IMG/VR virus record: IMGVR_UViG_3300017699_000061
Coordinates: 1-55,902 of that record
Reading direction: 5' to 3' (one strand)
Length of the DNA: 55,902 bases
From: a virus
Taxonomy: Duplodnaviria; Caudoviricetes
The notes under the pieces were generated by a model. It had not been told where the DNA came from. It was given only the letters and a program-made list of their open reading frames with translations, and did not search any database. Position numbers and translations under genes: made by a program. Of the stretch, positions 1 to 9,584 are shown one piece after another. Each line of letters opens with the position of its first letter. The stretch's first letter is position 1.

Positions 1-599
1 TCAAGCTCAAGCACAACATGGACACCGACGAGATGGTGTATGTTGGCGATACGACCGTCGGCAAAACCGGCCTGGTCAATTCGTCGGCTGTCACCAACAT
101 CGCCGCGGTGGCCAATGGTGCTGCGGGCACTCCCCAGTGGTCGACGAAGGATCCGGACGAGATCCTGGCTGACGTCAACGAGCTGCTTTCCTCGGTCTGG
201 GAAGCCTCTGGTTGGGCTGTCATCCCGAGCGAGCTGCGTCTGCCCCCGCTGCAGTACAGCAACCTCGTCGCTCAGAAGGTGTCGTCTGCTGGCAACATCT
301 CGATCCTGAAGTATCTCGAGGAGAACAACCTCGCGGGTGCCAACGGTCAGAAGCTGCGCATTCAGCCCCTCAAGTGGCTGATCGGCCGTGGTGTCGGTGG
401 TACCCCTGGTGTCCTGAATACGGTCGATCGTATGATCGCCTATACGAAGGATGCCAGCCGCGTTCGCTACCCGATGACTCCTCTGCAGCGCACCCCGATC
501 GAGTATCGGTCGCTGTGGCAGATCACGACCTACTTCGGACGTCTCGGCGTCATGGAGTTCGTGTATCCCGAGACCCTCGGCTACCGCGACGGTATCTGA
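1..599 (+). CDS. Major capsid protein, C-terminal part (DUF2184-like), 5'-truncated by the window
   Basis: Frame open from the window edge to TGA at 599; C-terminus GVMEFVYPETLGYRDGI is typical of this capsid family; lies upstream of head-tail genes. Confidence 0.85.
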   Translation, partial: KLKHNMDTDEMVYVGDTTVGKTGLVNSSAVTNIAAVANGAAGTPQWSTKDPDEILADVNELLSSVWEASGWAVIPSELRLPPLQYSNLVAQKVSSAGNISILKYLEENNLAGANGQKLRIQPLKWLIGRGVGGTPGVLNTVDRMIAYTKDASRVRYPMTPLQRTPIEYRSLWQITTYFGRLGVMEFVYPETLGYRDGI

Positions 600-614
600 T
601 CGGCCCAGAAGCTT

Positions 615-638
615 ATGCCCCTGCGCAAGCAGGGGCAT
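615..638 (+). terminator. Stem-loop after capsid gene (terminator or mRNA stabiliser)
   Basis: ATGCCCCTGC-GCAA-GCAGGGGCAT, 10-bp stem with GNRA loop; weak U tail. Confidence 0.7.
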
Positions 639-675
639 TGTCGACTGGGAAGACACAAACCGAGGAGAAATATAA

Positions 676-1350
676 ATGGGTGGTTATCTTGTCCTGAAGC
701 AGCCGGTAACCGTGACTTACGGTGATGGTTCGCGACGCACGTTTTCGGCGGGTACCAACAAGGATGTTACCCGGGAAGAAGCCGATCACTGGTACGTCAA
801 GGCTGCTGGCGGTGAATACTTCGACAAGATCGAAGATGCTCACAAGAACGCCCCGGAGATGAAGCAGACTGTCGCGGCTCGTCGAGCCGAATGGGAGCAG
901 GCCCAGCGTGGTGCCATGCTGGCCGCGATCAATGCGCAGAGTTCGCGCAAGGATCTCGAGGCTCTCGAGAAGGAGATGGGGGTCGACACCAAGAAACTCG
1001 ACGCCGCCTTCAAGGAAACCATCAAGGACGAGGAAGATCGCATGAAAAAGCTCATGTCCGAAGCCGAAGAGGCTGATGCCGAACAGAAGGATCAGGACGC
1101 CAAGTCGGCCCTGAGTCCGGCTGAAGCCGAGAAGATCGCGGCTGGCTCGGAAGAGAACGCCAATACGGCTATGGACGGCGCGGCCAAGGCTGAAGCTGAC
1201 AAGAAGCTTGCCGACGAAGGCAAGACCATCGTCAACGACACCGCCGTTCAGAAGGGCACTGCTCAGGAAGCTGCGGCAAAGACTGCCGAAGCCAACAAGG
1301 AAGCTTCCAAGGGAACTTCCACCCAGGGCGTTTCCTCCACCAAGAAGTGA
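676..1350 (+). CDS. Hypothetical virion-associated protein, Ala/Glu/Lys-rich
   Basis: 224-aa ORF, SD GAGGAG upstream, between capsid and head-tail adaptor. Confidence 0.7.
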   Translation: MGGYLVLKQPVTVTYGDGSRRTFSAGTNKDVTREEADHWYVKAAGGEYFDKIEDAHKNAPEMKQTVAARRAEWEQAQRGAMLAAINAQSSRKDLEALEKEMGVDTKKLDAAFKETIKDEEDRMKKLMSEAEEADAEQKDQDAKSALSPAEAEKIAAGSEENANTAMDGAAKAEADKKLADEGKTIVNDTAVQKGTAQEAAAKTAEANKEASKGTSTQGVSSTKK

Positions 1351-1358
1351 GATGACTC

Positions 1359-1754
1359 ATGGCGACGGACGTCACGGTTGAAACTTTCCTGCAGAACTTT
1401 CCTGCATTTCAGTCTGGAGTCACACAGGCCCAGGTTGAATTCTGGATCAAGTATGCAGACAAGCTTCTCTATGACGTCTGTCGCTGGTCAGACATGAGAG
1501 AAGACGGCATCCAGCTCGTCGTCGCTCATCAATTGACGTTGGCCCTGCGAGATGCTCAAGTGGCCGCAGCCGGTGGAGCTCCAGGCACTGTCCAAGGCGC
1601 TGTGTCGAGCAAATCTGTCGGTGGAGTATCGATCAGTTACGATACAAGTTCGGCCGTTCTTTCGAATGCTGGGTATTGGAACCTGACTTCTTACGGTATT
1701 CAGTTCTATCAGCTGGCCTTGCTTGTGGGAACGGGTGGATTTCAGCTATGGTGA
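1359..1754 (+). CDS. Head-tail adaptor (DUF4054-like)
   Basis: FxxxFPxF start, SKSVGGVSISYD and WNLTSYGIQF motifs; synteny. Confidence 0.8.
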   Translation: MATDVTVETFLQNFPAFQSGVTQAQVEFWIKYADKLLYDVCRWSDMREDGIQLVVAHQLTLALRDAQVAAAGGAPGTVQGAVSSKSVGGVSISYDTSSAVLSNAGYWNLTSYGIQFYQLALLVGTGGFQLW

Positions 1755-2287
1755 CTCGACGCGGTTCAGACGTCAATAAGGTTGTCGTCAAGGACCGCGT
1801 AGATGATATTGTGAATTCTGTTCGGTCTCTTACACAAAAGGAGATCCTGGTCGGAATTCCCATGGCAACAGCCAATAGAGAGCCTGAACCTGGTGAAAAA
1901 GAACCCCCACCAGATAACGCAACTCTTGGCTATATTCATGAATTCGGATCTCCTGCCGAGAATATACCTGACAGACCTTTTTTGATCCCTGGCGTTCGGG
2001 ACGCCGTAGATCAAATCGTCAATCGTCTGAGTCGAGCGGCCGTAGCTGCAGTAGATACCAAGCAAGAGGTCGTGGACGCCCAGTTAAATGCGGCAGGGCT
2101 GATAGCTCAAAACTCAGTGAGAGCTAAAATCACTGGTGGTCCGTTCACTCCTCTTTCGCCGAAGACTATTCAAAAACGTCGGAGTCGCAAGCCGCCAAGA
2201 ACTGGTATCAAACCGCTGCTTGACACAGGCCAACTTCGCCGGTCAGTCACCTACGTGATCAGGGACACAGACGATGCCTCTTCTTGA
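1748..2287 (+). CDS. Neck/virion morphogenesis protein
   Basis: HEFG..IPxRPFL and KPLLDTGQLRRSVTY motifs; ATG at 1748 overlaps the upstream stop. Confidence 0.75.
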   Translation: MVTRRGSDVNKVVVKDRVDDIVNSVRSLTQKEILVGIPMATANREPEPGEKEPPPDNATLGYIHEFGSPAENIPDRPFLIPGVRDAVDQIVNRLSRAAVAAVDTKQEVVDAQLNAAGLIAQNSVRAKITGGPFTPLSPKTIQKRRSRKPPRTGIKPLLDTGQLRRSVTYVIRDTDDASS

Positions 2288-2654
2288 CGTTTCTGAGGTT
2301 CTTCTTGACCCGGTGTTCCAAGACACAACTCTTGTGGCTCGGAGACAAACCAAGACAGTGACCACGGACGGTATAGCGGTTGTGGCCGGATCCACATTCG
2401 GTTTTGCAGGTGTCGTCGTTCAGAACAGTGGCGATCGTCTGAAGCGCCTTGAAGATGGAACACGTCACGAGGATAGCATCAGCATCTATACGATGACCGA
2501 TCTCATCTCTGGTGAACAAGGCAAGGCTGCCGATATCATCACCTGGCAAAACAGAGAATACACTGTTGCGACAGTAATGGATTGGTCGACTTACGGCAGA
2601 GGTTTCAAGCACGCGATCTGTGATCTGCGCAATCTTACTCCACCAGCGAGTTGA
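2274..2654 (+). CDS. Head closure / head-tail joining protein
   Basis: MPLLDVSEVLLDP start, ADIITWQ..Y motif; synteny. Confidence 0.7.
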   Translation: MPLLDVSEVLLDPVFQDTTLVARRQTKTVTTDGIAVVAGSTFGFAGVVVQNSGDRLKRLEDGTRHEDSISIYTMTDLISGEQGKAADIITWQNREYTVATVMDWSTYGRGFKHAICDLRNLTPPAS

Positions 2655-2657
2655 TCA

Positions 2658-3245
2658 ATGCCCAATACTAGTGCAACTGGTGGATTTCTGGTACCTATAG
2701 CAGGTCCTAACCCGGCCTATGATGTCCTTCTGGACATCCAGATGCAAAGGGTTGTGTCAGGTATCACCGGGATTGCCGGGGATTTGGTTCGTCCTCGATG
2801 GCAGCCTGATCCTCCTGATCAACCTGCTAGAACAGTAGACTGGTGTGCCGTCGGTATTACCGGCTTCAGCCAAGACTATGGCGGGTATAACCGACACATT
2901 TCCGCAGGAGATGGTCGAGATGATACGGAGACATACGAGACTCTCGAGCTCCTTACTACATTCTATGGTCCGGCGAGCAGCGGAATGGCCGCTCTTTTCC
3001 GGGACGGATTGTGGGTCCCGCAAAACCGTGAAGCGTTGCGTGCCAACGGCATGGCCCTCCTTGACGTTGGCCGAGTCACTGTTCTCGGAGAGCTCGTCAA
3101 CCAAGAATACATTCGAAGAGCCGATCTTCCAGTGACTCTACGTCGGGTTGTCGCCCGTTCGTATCCCATCCTGAACCTTTTGCAGGCTCAGATTGCCCTT
3201 CAGACCGAGGGCTACACCCAGAATTTCACCGTATCGGAGAACTGA
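2658..3245 (+). CDS. Tail terminator / neck protein
   Basis: LVRPRWQPDPP motif; directly upstream of the sheath gene. Confidence 0.7.
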   Translation: MPNTSATGGFLVPIAGPNPAYDVLLDIQMQRVVSGITGIAGDLVRPRWQPDPPDQPARTVDWCAVGITGFSQDYGGYNRHISAGDGRDDTETYETLELLTTFYGPASSGMAALFRDGLWVPQNREALRANGMALLDVGRVTVLGELVNQEYIRRADLPVTLRRVVARSYPILNLLQAQIALQTEGYTQNFTVSEN

Positions 3246-3248
3246 GAT

Positions 3249-5048
3249 ATGGCTCAGGGCCTTGCAGTTAGCAATATCGTCGACGTCAACATCAACATCT
3301 CTCCGATCGCGGCTCCGACGAGGAACTTCGGCGCGGCACTGGCAATCGGTTCTTCTGATGTCATCGACGTCACCGAACGCATTCGTGAGTATTCCAACAT
3401 CGACGGTGTCGCTCAGGAATTCTCGACAACGGATGTCGAGTATCTGGCGGCAGTGAAGCATTTCGCTCAGGTTCCGCAGCCCTCGCTGCTGTATATCGGG
3501 CGCTGGGCTCGTACAGCCACGCAGGCTCGTCTCAGCGGTGGCGTGCTCACGCCTGCGGAACGAGCCATCGGCAACTTCACGCCGGTGACTTCTGGAGCGG
3601 TGTATCTGGATGTCAACAACATCCCGGTCACTCTCTCCGGCCTGAACTTCTCGGCCATCACCAACCTCAACGGTGTGGCCACGATTATCGACACGGCCTT
3701 GGCGGCTGGTTCGGTGGTCTGGGATGCAATCTCCAGCAGGTTCATCTTCGAGACGACTCTGACTGGTGTCGGTGCTTCGCTCAGTTATCTGAAGGATCCG
3801 ACCGCGTTCGGTAGCATCACCTTCTCTGGTGTGCCGGCTCCGTCCGATACGGTCACACTCAACGGCGTTGTGGTCACTTTCGTCGCCTCGGGTGCCACCG
3901 GCAACCAGGTCAACATCGCTGGTTCGGCTGCCGCGCAGGCCACTGCGCTTGCGGCCTTCGCCAACGCCTCCGTGGTCGCGGGTATCGCGGTCGCCAACTA
4001 TCGCGCGGTTGGCTCGGTCGTCTACATGATCTCGAAGATCACGGGGACGGGCGGCAACGCCTATACCCTGGCGAAGGTGGGCACCAACATCGCGGTTTCT
4101 GGCGCTACCCTTGCTGGTGGCACCGGCACGTCCGTGGCGTCGCTTCTCAAGGGTCTCAGCACCCAGGCTTCGGCTCCGGTTGCCGGTGTCGATCCCGAGA
4201 CGCTGGTGCAGGCCATTGCGGCTCTGATCAACAAATCCGGCGACTGGTACGCCGGTGTGCTGGCAGATGCAGGAGTGGATAACGCCTCGATCATCGCGGC
4301 GGCTCAGCTCATCGAGGCTCAGGACAAGAAGCGGGTCTTCGGTGTCACGATCCAGGACACGACTGTTCTGGACTCGACGATCACCAATGATCTGGCGTCC
4401 CAGCTCAAGGATTTGGAGCTGCGGCGCACGTTCTCGCAGTACTCGGCGTCCAGCGCTCAGGCCATTGCGTCGTTCTTCGGGCGCGCATCCACGGTGAACT
4501 TCCAGGGATCGAACACCACGATCACCATGAAGTTCAAGCAGGAACCTGGTGTTGCGGCGGAAGTTCTGACTCAGAACCAGGCTCAGACTCTTCGCGACAA
4601 GAACTGCAATGTCTTCGTCGCGTATGACAATGAGACTTCAATCATCCAGGAAGGTGTCGTTGCCAACGGATCCTTCTTCGATGAGGTTCAGGGTCTCGAC
4701 TGGCTCGAGAACGACGTTCAGACGGCCGTCTACAATCTGCTCTATACTTCCCTCTCCAAGATCCCGCAGACGGATCCTGGCACTCACCTGATCATCACGA
4801 CGATCGAAGATCGTCTGTCTCAGGCGGTGGCCAATGGTCTTGTGGCTCCTGGCAAATGGAATGCGGGCGGGTTCGGTCAGCTCAAGCAGGGAGATTTCCT
4901 GTCCAAGGGCTTTTACTGCTACGCTCCGCCTGTCGCTTCTCAGAGTCAGGCAGACCGTGAGGCCCGTAAGGCTGTGCCGATCCAGATTGCGGTCAAGCTG
5001 GCGGGTGCCATCCACTTCGTCGACGTGACCATCAACGTCAACCGCTGA
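3249..5048 (+). CDS. Contractile tail sheath protein (DUF3383-like)
   Basis: 599 aa; LYIGRW, KFKQEPG, KIPQTD and LAGAIH motifs. Confidence 0.9.
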   Translation: MAQGLAVSNIVDVNINISPIAAPTRNFGAALAIGSSDVIDVTERIREYSNIDGVAQEFSTTDVEYLAAVKHFAQVPQPSLLYIGRWARTATQARLSGGVLTPAERAIGNFTPVTSGAVYLDVNNIPVTLSGLNFSAITNLNGVATIIDTALAAGSVVWDAISSRFIFETTLTGVGASLSYLKDPTAFGSITFSGVPAPSDTVTLNGVVVTFVASGATGNQVNIAGSAAAQATALAAFANASVVAGIAVANYRAVGSVVYMISKITGTGGNAYTLAKVGTNIAVSGATLAGGTGTSVASLLKGLSTQASAPVAGVDPETLVQAIAALINKSGDWYAGVLADAGVDNASIIAAAQLIEAQDKKRVFGVTIQDTTVLDSTITNDLASQLKDLELRRTFSQYSASSAQAIASFFGRASTVNFQGSNTTITMKFKQEPGVAAEVLTQNQAQTLRDKNCNVFVAYDNETSIIQEGVVANGSFFDEVQGLDWLENDVQTAVYNLLYTSLSKIPQTDPGTHLIITTIEDRLSQAVANGLVAPGKWNAGGFGQLKQGDFLSKGFYCYAPPVASQSQADREARKAVPIQIAVKLAGAIHFVDVTINVNR

Positions 5049-5073
5049 TCGCCCTCTCTAGAAGGACCATACG

Positions 5074-5538
5074 ATGGCCTCGAACGCTTATTCCTTTGCT
5101 GACGTCCTCGTGGCCATCAAAGGTCCGAACGGAAGCTTCAACCTCGGCGCGGGTGCAGCCCCCGCCGAGGAAGGCATTTCGATCTCCCAGGTCGATGACA
5201 AGAACACCATGATGATCGGTGCTGACGGTTTCGCCATGCACTCGCTTCACATGAGCAAGGGTGGGGCTGTCACGGTTCGTCTGCTGAAGACGTCGCCGAC
5301 GAATGCCCTTCTCATGGACATGTACAACTCCGACTCTTCGTCGGCTTCGCTGTGGGGTCAGAATACGATCCTCATTCGCGATGCGGCACGTGGTGATGAG
5401 ATCACCTGCGCAGGTTGTGCCTTCAAGAAGGTCCCTGACGTATCATTCGGTAAGGATGGCAACGTCTACGAATGGACGTGGGATGCTGCTACCATCGATT
5501 ATATCCTTGGTACCGGCACGCCGAGCATCGTTCTCTGA
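5074..5538 (+). CDS. Tail tube protein (DUF3277-like)
   Basis: YSFxDV, EEGI, GADG and LLKTSPTN motifs; follows the sheath gene. Confidence 0.85.
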   Translation: MASNAYSFADVLVAIKGPNGSFNLGAGAAPAEEGISISQVDDKNTMMIGADGFAMHSLHMSKGGAVTVRLLKTSPTNALLMDMYNSDSSSASLWGQNTILIRDAARGDEITCAGCAFKKVPDVSFGKDGNVYEWTWDAATIDYILGTGTPSIVL

Positions 5539-6047
5539 TGCGTCCGCCGGTTGAATTCGAGATCGGAGGCGTGAATTATCGCGCCTCCCGTCTTGCGGTG
5601 AAAGTCCAACTGAATATCGCTCGGAGACTGACACCACTCATCACAAGTCTGATCGAGCCCATGATTGTTCAGATCAAGATAATCAACGACCGTCGAAAGG
5701 CTGTCGCTGAAGCAACAGGAGGGGGTGGAGAACTTCCACCTTTGAACTTGTTGGATCTTGATATCAAGAGCCTTCTTCCGGGTCTTCAATCAACAGCTCA
5801 GTTCTTGGCTGACATGCCGGACGAGCAGTTCAACTACGTTCAACAGTCCTGTATGGCCGTAATCGAGCGCCAAAGATCGGGCGACACAGGCTGGAACAAA
5901 ATCTGGAACGAACGAGCCAACCAGCCTCAGTTTGACGACATTGAGGGCTCGACAGTTCTCCTGATCATGGCGGAGGTTCTCAAAGCAGAGCTCGGCCCTT
6001 TTATGGTCGAGCTCGTCTCGAATATGGGAGGACTCAGCCGAGTCTGA
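5538..6047 (+). CDS. Tail assembly chaperone (G-like)
   Basis: ATG overlaps the tube stop (TGATG); EFEIGGVNYR start; lies between tube and tape measure. Confidence 0.8.
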   Translation: MRPPVEFEIGGVNYRASRLAVKVQLNIARRLTPLITSLIEPMIVQIKIINDRRKAVAEATGGGGELPPLNLLDLDIKSLLPGLQSTAQFLADMPDEQFNYVQQSCMAVIERQRSGDTGWNKIWNERANQPQFDDIEGSTVLLIMAEVLKAELGPFMVELVSNMGGLSRV

Positions 6048-6235
6048 GATACAATGCCGTTGCCTTGCCAGATGGCCTAGATTACCTGATGAGGCCAGTG
6101 CTTCGGGGTCTATGCCGATATGAGAGCCTGTTAGATGGCACTCTGGATCTGTGCGATATTGCGGATATGAACGACGCGATCGACGCGTTGGACGAGAATA
6201 CGTATAGAGCACAAGAAGCCAGCAAGGAAAAATGA
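5996..6235 (+). CDS. Tail assembly chaperone -1 frameshift extension (GT-like)
   Basis: In-frame slippery heptamer C CCT TTT at 5996-6002; -1 frame open to TGA 6233-6235 encoding ..LPDGLDYLMRPVLRGLCRYESLLDGTLDLCDIADMNDAID.. Confidence 0.8.
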   Translation, partial: PFYGRARLEYGRTQPSLRYNAVALPDGLDYLMRPVLRGLCRYESLLDGTLDLCDIADMNDAIDALDENTYRAQEASKEK

Positions 6236-6236
6236 C

Positions 6237-8369
6237 GTGGCTGAAACTATCAAGGAGTTTCTCGTCTCTATCGGCTATAAGGTCGATGGTAGCAGTGAGC
6301 GTCGGTTTGAGGACAGCCTCAAGAAGGCGACACTGCGCGCGGAACTTCTTGGTAGGGCCATCGCAGAAGCTGCTGAAGCTATCGTCAAAGGTGCGGTGAA
6401 AATCGCGCAAGGTTTTGATGATATCTACTACGCCAGTCAGCGCACCAAAGCTTCTGTCGATAATCTCAAGAGTCTCAGCTACGCCGTCTCTCAGTTGGGC
6501 GGTTCCTATGGCGGAGCTCTTCAGTCGTTTGAAGCTTTTGGCGCTAAACTGCGCAATAACCCAGGCTACAGTTCGCTGGTGCGAAGCCTGGGAGTGGCCA
6601 CGGAGCAGAACGGAAAGATCCGCGACACTGCTGTCGTGATGACCGAACTAGCCAAGGTGCTAGACAGAAAACCCCGACATGTAGCCATTGCGTATCTCGA
6701 AGCTCTCGGTATCGATGAACGCACCTATGATGCCCTCAAGTCGGGGGATCTCGTCAAGTATACTGAAGAATACCGCAAGAAGCAGGTCCAACTCGGCGTT
6801 GATCAGAAGAGAACCGCCGAGATAGGCAAAGATTTGACTGTTGCTTGGCGTCAGATGAGTCTGACACTAGCAACTCTCGGTGAGAAGTTACTTCAGTCTG
6901 TTGGACCAGGACTGACGGAACTCGTCAAAAGGTTTGACGAATTTCTTGTGAAGAATGCTCCAGCTATCGAGCGTTTCTTCCAGAAGCTTGTTGAGATCCT
7001 TGGAGAAGTTGTCAAGGCTTTCGTTACCCTTGTCGAAAAGGGTGAGGGTCCGATCGTCGAGATGTTCGATAAGATCGGTAAGTCTCTTGACACTCTGACG
7101 ACTGCTCTTACGGTGTTTGCGACGTTCCTCGTAGGAACGTGGCTGGTCAGAGTATTGGGAGCATTCAGCAAAGTCAGTCTTGGTTTTGCTGGCATGCTCA
7201 CTTCTCTTGGTCTTACTCCGGCGGCTCTTGCTGCAGGTCTTCTTATCGGCAGTACAAGTTCTGCGAATGCCGGTGAGGATGCCGAGATTGCTCGTCGTCG
7301 AGCCAACGGAACCTGGGGCAATACTCCGACGCCAAGCGGCGGGGGCGGATCTGCCCGATCTGCTGCTCCCGCTGCTCCTGCTCCGGATACCAGGAATTGG
7401 TGGCAGCGTAACGCTCCCAAATGGGCCGGTGGTAAAGAAGCTCCGGCTTCTGGCGGTCGTCGTGGTCTGATCCGCAAGAGCTCGAACGACAGCGACAGTA
7501 AAGCTGAAATCCGCGGAGCGACCTTCAGGGAGAAATCCCCGGGGATCATGAAGCGACTGATGGCCGACTTCAATCTCACGAAGGAAGAAGCCGCCGCGGT
7601 CATGGGTAACCTTGGCCATGAGAGTGGGGGTCTTACCAAGCTACAAGAGCAAAATCCCACTGTCCCTGGGTCAAGGGGCGGTTATGGTTGGGCTCAGTGG
7701 ACTGGTCCTCGTCGACGTGCCTTTGAAGCCTGGGCTGCTGAAAAGGGTCTTGATCCTTCGTCCGATGAAGCCAACTATGGTTTCATGAAGCACGAGCTGA
7801 GGACGACTCACAAGAGTTCGTTGAAAGCTCTTAAGGCTGAAGGTTCTCTGGAGGATAAGACTCGTGCCTTCGAAAGAAGCTACGAGGGTGCGGGTATCAA
7901 GCACTATGCTTCCAGAGATCGTTACGCCAACAGGGCGCTCAATGCTTATGAGAAATCAGAAGCAACGGCGGCAAATCCTGAGGTCAAGTCTCCGGCAGCT
8001 GCAACACCTGGTGATCCTAACGGTCCGACCGGATCTCGTCAGACTGAGGGTATCCCCAACGGTCTGAGGAGGACGGGCAGTGAGGATGCTCCTCAGGCAG
8101 CTGGGGGTAAGGAACTTCCGCCTCTGGCTCGTATGCAAGCGGCTCAGGATGCGGCGAATAGGATTGGCGGCGCGACAGGAGCCACAGGTCCTGCGCCTCT
8201 AACTCCTGGGGCTACGAACACGACCAGCACGACTGTTGGAATGACCCAGAACACAGCAATTAACGTCACCGGAGGAAGTGATCCAACCGGAACGGGCAAT
8301 GCTGTGGCTGACCGGCAGCGTGAAGTTAACGCAATGCTCTTGCGTCAGCTTAAGGAAGGTGTTCGTTAA
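6237..8369 (+). CDS. Tape measure protein with C-terminal phage tail lysozyme domain
   Basis: MAETIKEFLVSIGY start, long helical region, then GNLGHESGG..GYGWAQWTGPRR lysozyme-like motifs. Confidence 0.85.
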   Translation: MAETIKEFLVSIGYKVDGSSERRFEDSLKKATLRAELLGRAIAEAAEAIVKGAVKIAQGFDDIYYASQRTKASVDNLKSLSYAVSQLGGSYGGALQSFEAFGAKLRNNPGYSSLVRSLGVATEQNGKIRDTAVVMTELAKVLDRKPRHVAIAYLEALGIDERTYDALKSGDLVKYTEEYRKKQVQLGVDQKRTAEIGKDLTVAWRQMSLTLATLGEKLLQSVGPGLTELVKRFDEFLVKNAPAIERFFQKLVEILGEVVKAFVTLVEKGEGPIVEMFDKIGKSLDTLTTALTVFATFLVGTWLVRVLGAFSKVSLGFAGMLTSLGLTPAALAAGLLIGSTSSANAGEDAEIARRRANGTWGNTPTPSGGGGSARSAAPAAPAPDTRNWWQRNAPKWAGGKEAPASGGRRGLIRKSSNDSDSKAEIRGATFREKSPGIMKRLMADFNLTKEEAAAVMGNLGHESGGLTKLQEQNPTVPGSRGGYGWAQWTGPRRRAFEAWAAEKGLDPSSDEANYGFMKHELRTTHKSSLKALKAEGSLEDKTRAFERSYEGAGIKHYASRDRYANRALNAYEKSEATAANPEVKSPAAATPGDPNGPTGSRQTEGIPNGLRRTGSEDAPQAAGGKELPPLARMQAAQDAANRIGGATGATGPAPLTPGATNTTSTTVGMTQNTAINVTGGSDPTGTGNAVADRQREVNAMLLRQLKEGVR

Positions 8370-8674
8370 CCGCCAAATACGCAAACGCGTGTCTGACGGC
8401 CAATCCAACAAGCTCCGCTGCGGACGACGTTACCGAGAGGGGTGTGAGCGTGGTTCGCTCCCCTCTCTTCGTTCCACATGGCCTCGCCACCGTTAAGTGG
8501 AACGATGGCAAAGTATGGGGAACCTTGCCCGACAACGACTGTGTCGTCATACTTGCCGACCTTGCAAGGACCGTTGAGACGGGTCTTGTCGTCGACGACG
8601 ATGAGACATTGGCGACTGAGGGCCGGGCTTGAAAGACCGACGAGAGCGAGGCCGATGATTGCTGCGTAGCGCAT
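8366..8674 (-). CDS. Small secreted/periplasmic Cys-containing protein (antisense moron)
   Basis: Signal peptide MRYAAIIGLALVGLSSPALS, four Cys in the mature part, SD AAAGGA and own promoter. Confidence 0.75.
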   Translation of the reverse strand: MRYAAIIGLALVGLSSPALSRQCLIVVDDKTRLNGPCKVGKYDDTVVVGQGSPYFAIVPLNGGEAMWNEERGANHAHTPLGNVVRSGACWIGRQTRVCVFGG

Positions 8675-8696
8675 GGTTGGTATCCTTTCTAGGCTT

Positions 8697-8725
8697 AGAA
8701 TAACACGTTAAAATGGGAATGTAAA
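8697..8725 (-). promoter_or_regulatory. Sigma70-type promoter for the moron
   Basis: TTTACA-N17-TATTCT on the minus strand. Confidence 0.7.
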
Positions 8726-8727
8726 CC

Positions 8728-9261
8728 GTGGCCCTTATCGATGATCTCTTTGCGTTAATCTCGACATCTACTCGGGAATTCGCAACCCTGATCCCCGATG
8801 TGGTCATGCGCGAAGTCGGTCGTGACGTCTTGGCTATTACAAGCCATCCCGTGGAGCGGGGCGCTGCGATCTCTGATCATGCCTTCTTGCAACCGCTTGA
8901 AGTTGACATGATCATGGGTTGGTCAGACTCGATCGGTGGTTCAGGTTATTGCAGAGAGATCTACGAGGAGCTGGTTGCTCTTCAGCAAGAACGTGAACCG
9001 TTCGATGTGACCACAGGGAAACGTAACTATCAGAATATGTTGCTCGCTGACATCAGCGTGCAGACAGACGACAAGACCGAAAACGTTCTCATGGTCTCAG
9101 GTAGGTTTCGAGAGATCATCATTGTTGAAACGGAGACTACTTCAGCACCTGCCTCAGCTCAGGCGTCTCCAAGCAAGACGCAACCCACAACTGATGTTGG
9201 CGCAAAACAGCTGAAGAGCTCTGGAACGACTGGTTTCGCGTCACCAGGAGCGAGAGCATAA
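8728..9261 (+). CDS. Baseplate / tail tube initiator protein
   Basis: ITSHPVERGAAISDHA motif; follows the tape measure gene. Confidence 0.75.
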   Translation: MALIDDLFALISTSTREFATLIPDVVMREVGRDVLAITSHPVERGAAISDHAFLQPLEVDMIMGWSDSIGGSGYCREIYEELVALQQEREPFDVTTGKRNYQNMLLADISVQTDDKTENVLMVSGRFREIIIVETETTSAPASAQASPSKTQPTTDVGAKQLKSSGTTGFASPGARA

Positions 9262-9584
9262 TGGCTGAAGCCTTTGATTTCCCGCTTTCACCCGCCCCTC
9301 AGAGGATGCAAATCACTCTGGGTTCGAAAGAATACACCATCAGATTTGCTTGGTGTGACTCGGATGATGGCGGATGGTTCTTCGACATTATGGACGTAGA
9401 TAGTGTCGTGCTAGCCGAAGGTCTGCCACTCACGGCAGGTCAAGATATCCTTATGCAATTCGCCTATCTTGGTATTGGTGGAACTTCACCTGGAGAGATC
9501 ATTGTCGCAACTGATGATGATCCTCTGGTCGAGCCTACCTTCACCAATCTAGGCATCAATGGCAGGGTTCTATATCTCACATGA
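9261..9584 (+). CDS. Baseplate plug / virion structural protein
   Basis: PLxxG.DILxQFAYLGIGG motif; translational coupling (TAATG). Confidence 0.7.
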   Translation: MAEAFDFPLSPAPQRMQITLGSKEYTIRFAWCDSDDGGWFFDIMDVDSVVLAEGLPLTAGQDILMQFAYLGIGGTSPGEIIVATDDDPLVEPTFTNLGINGRVLYLT

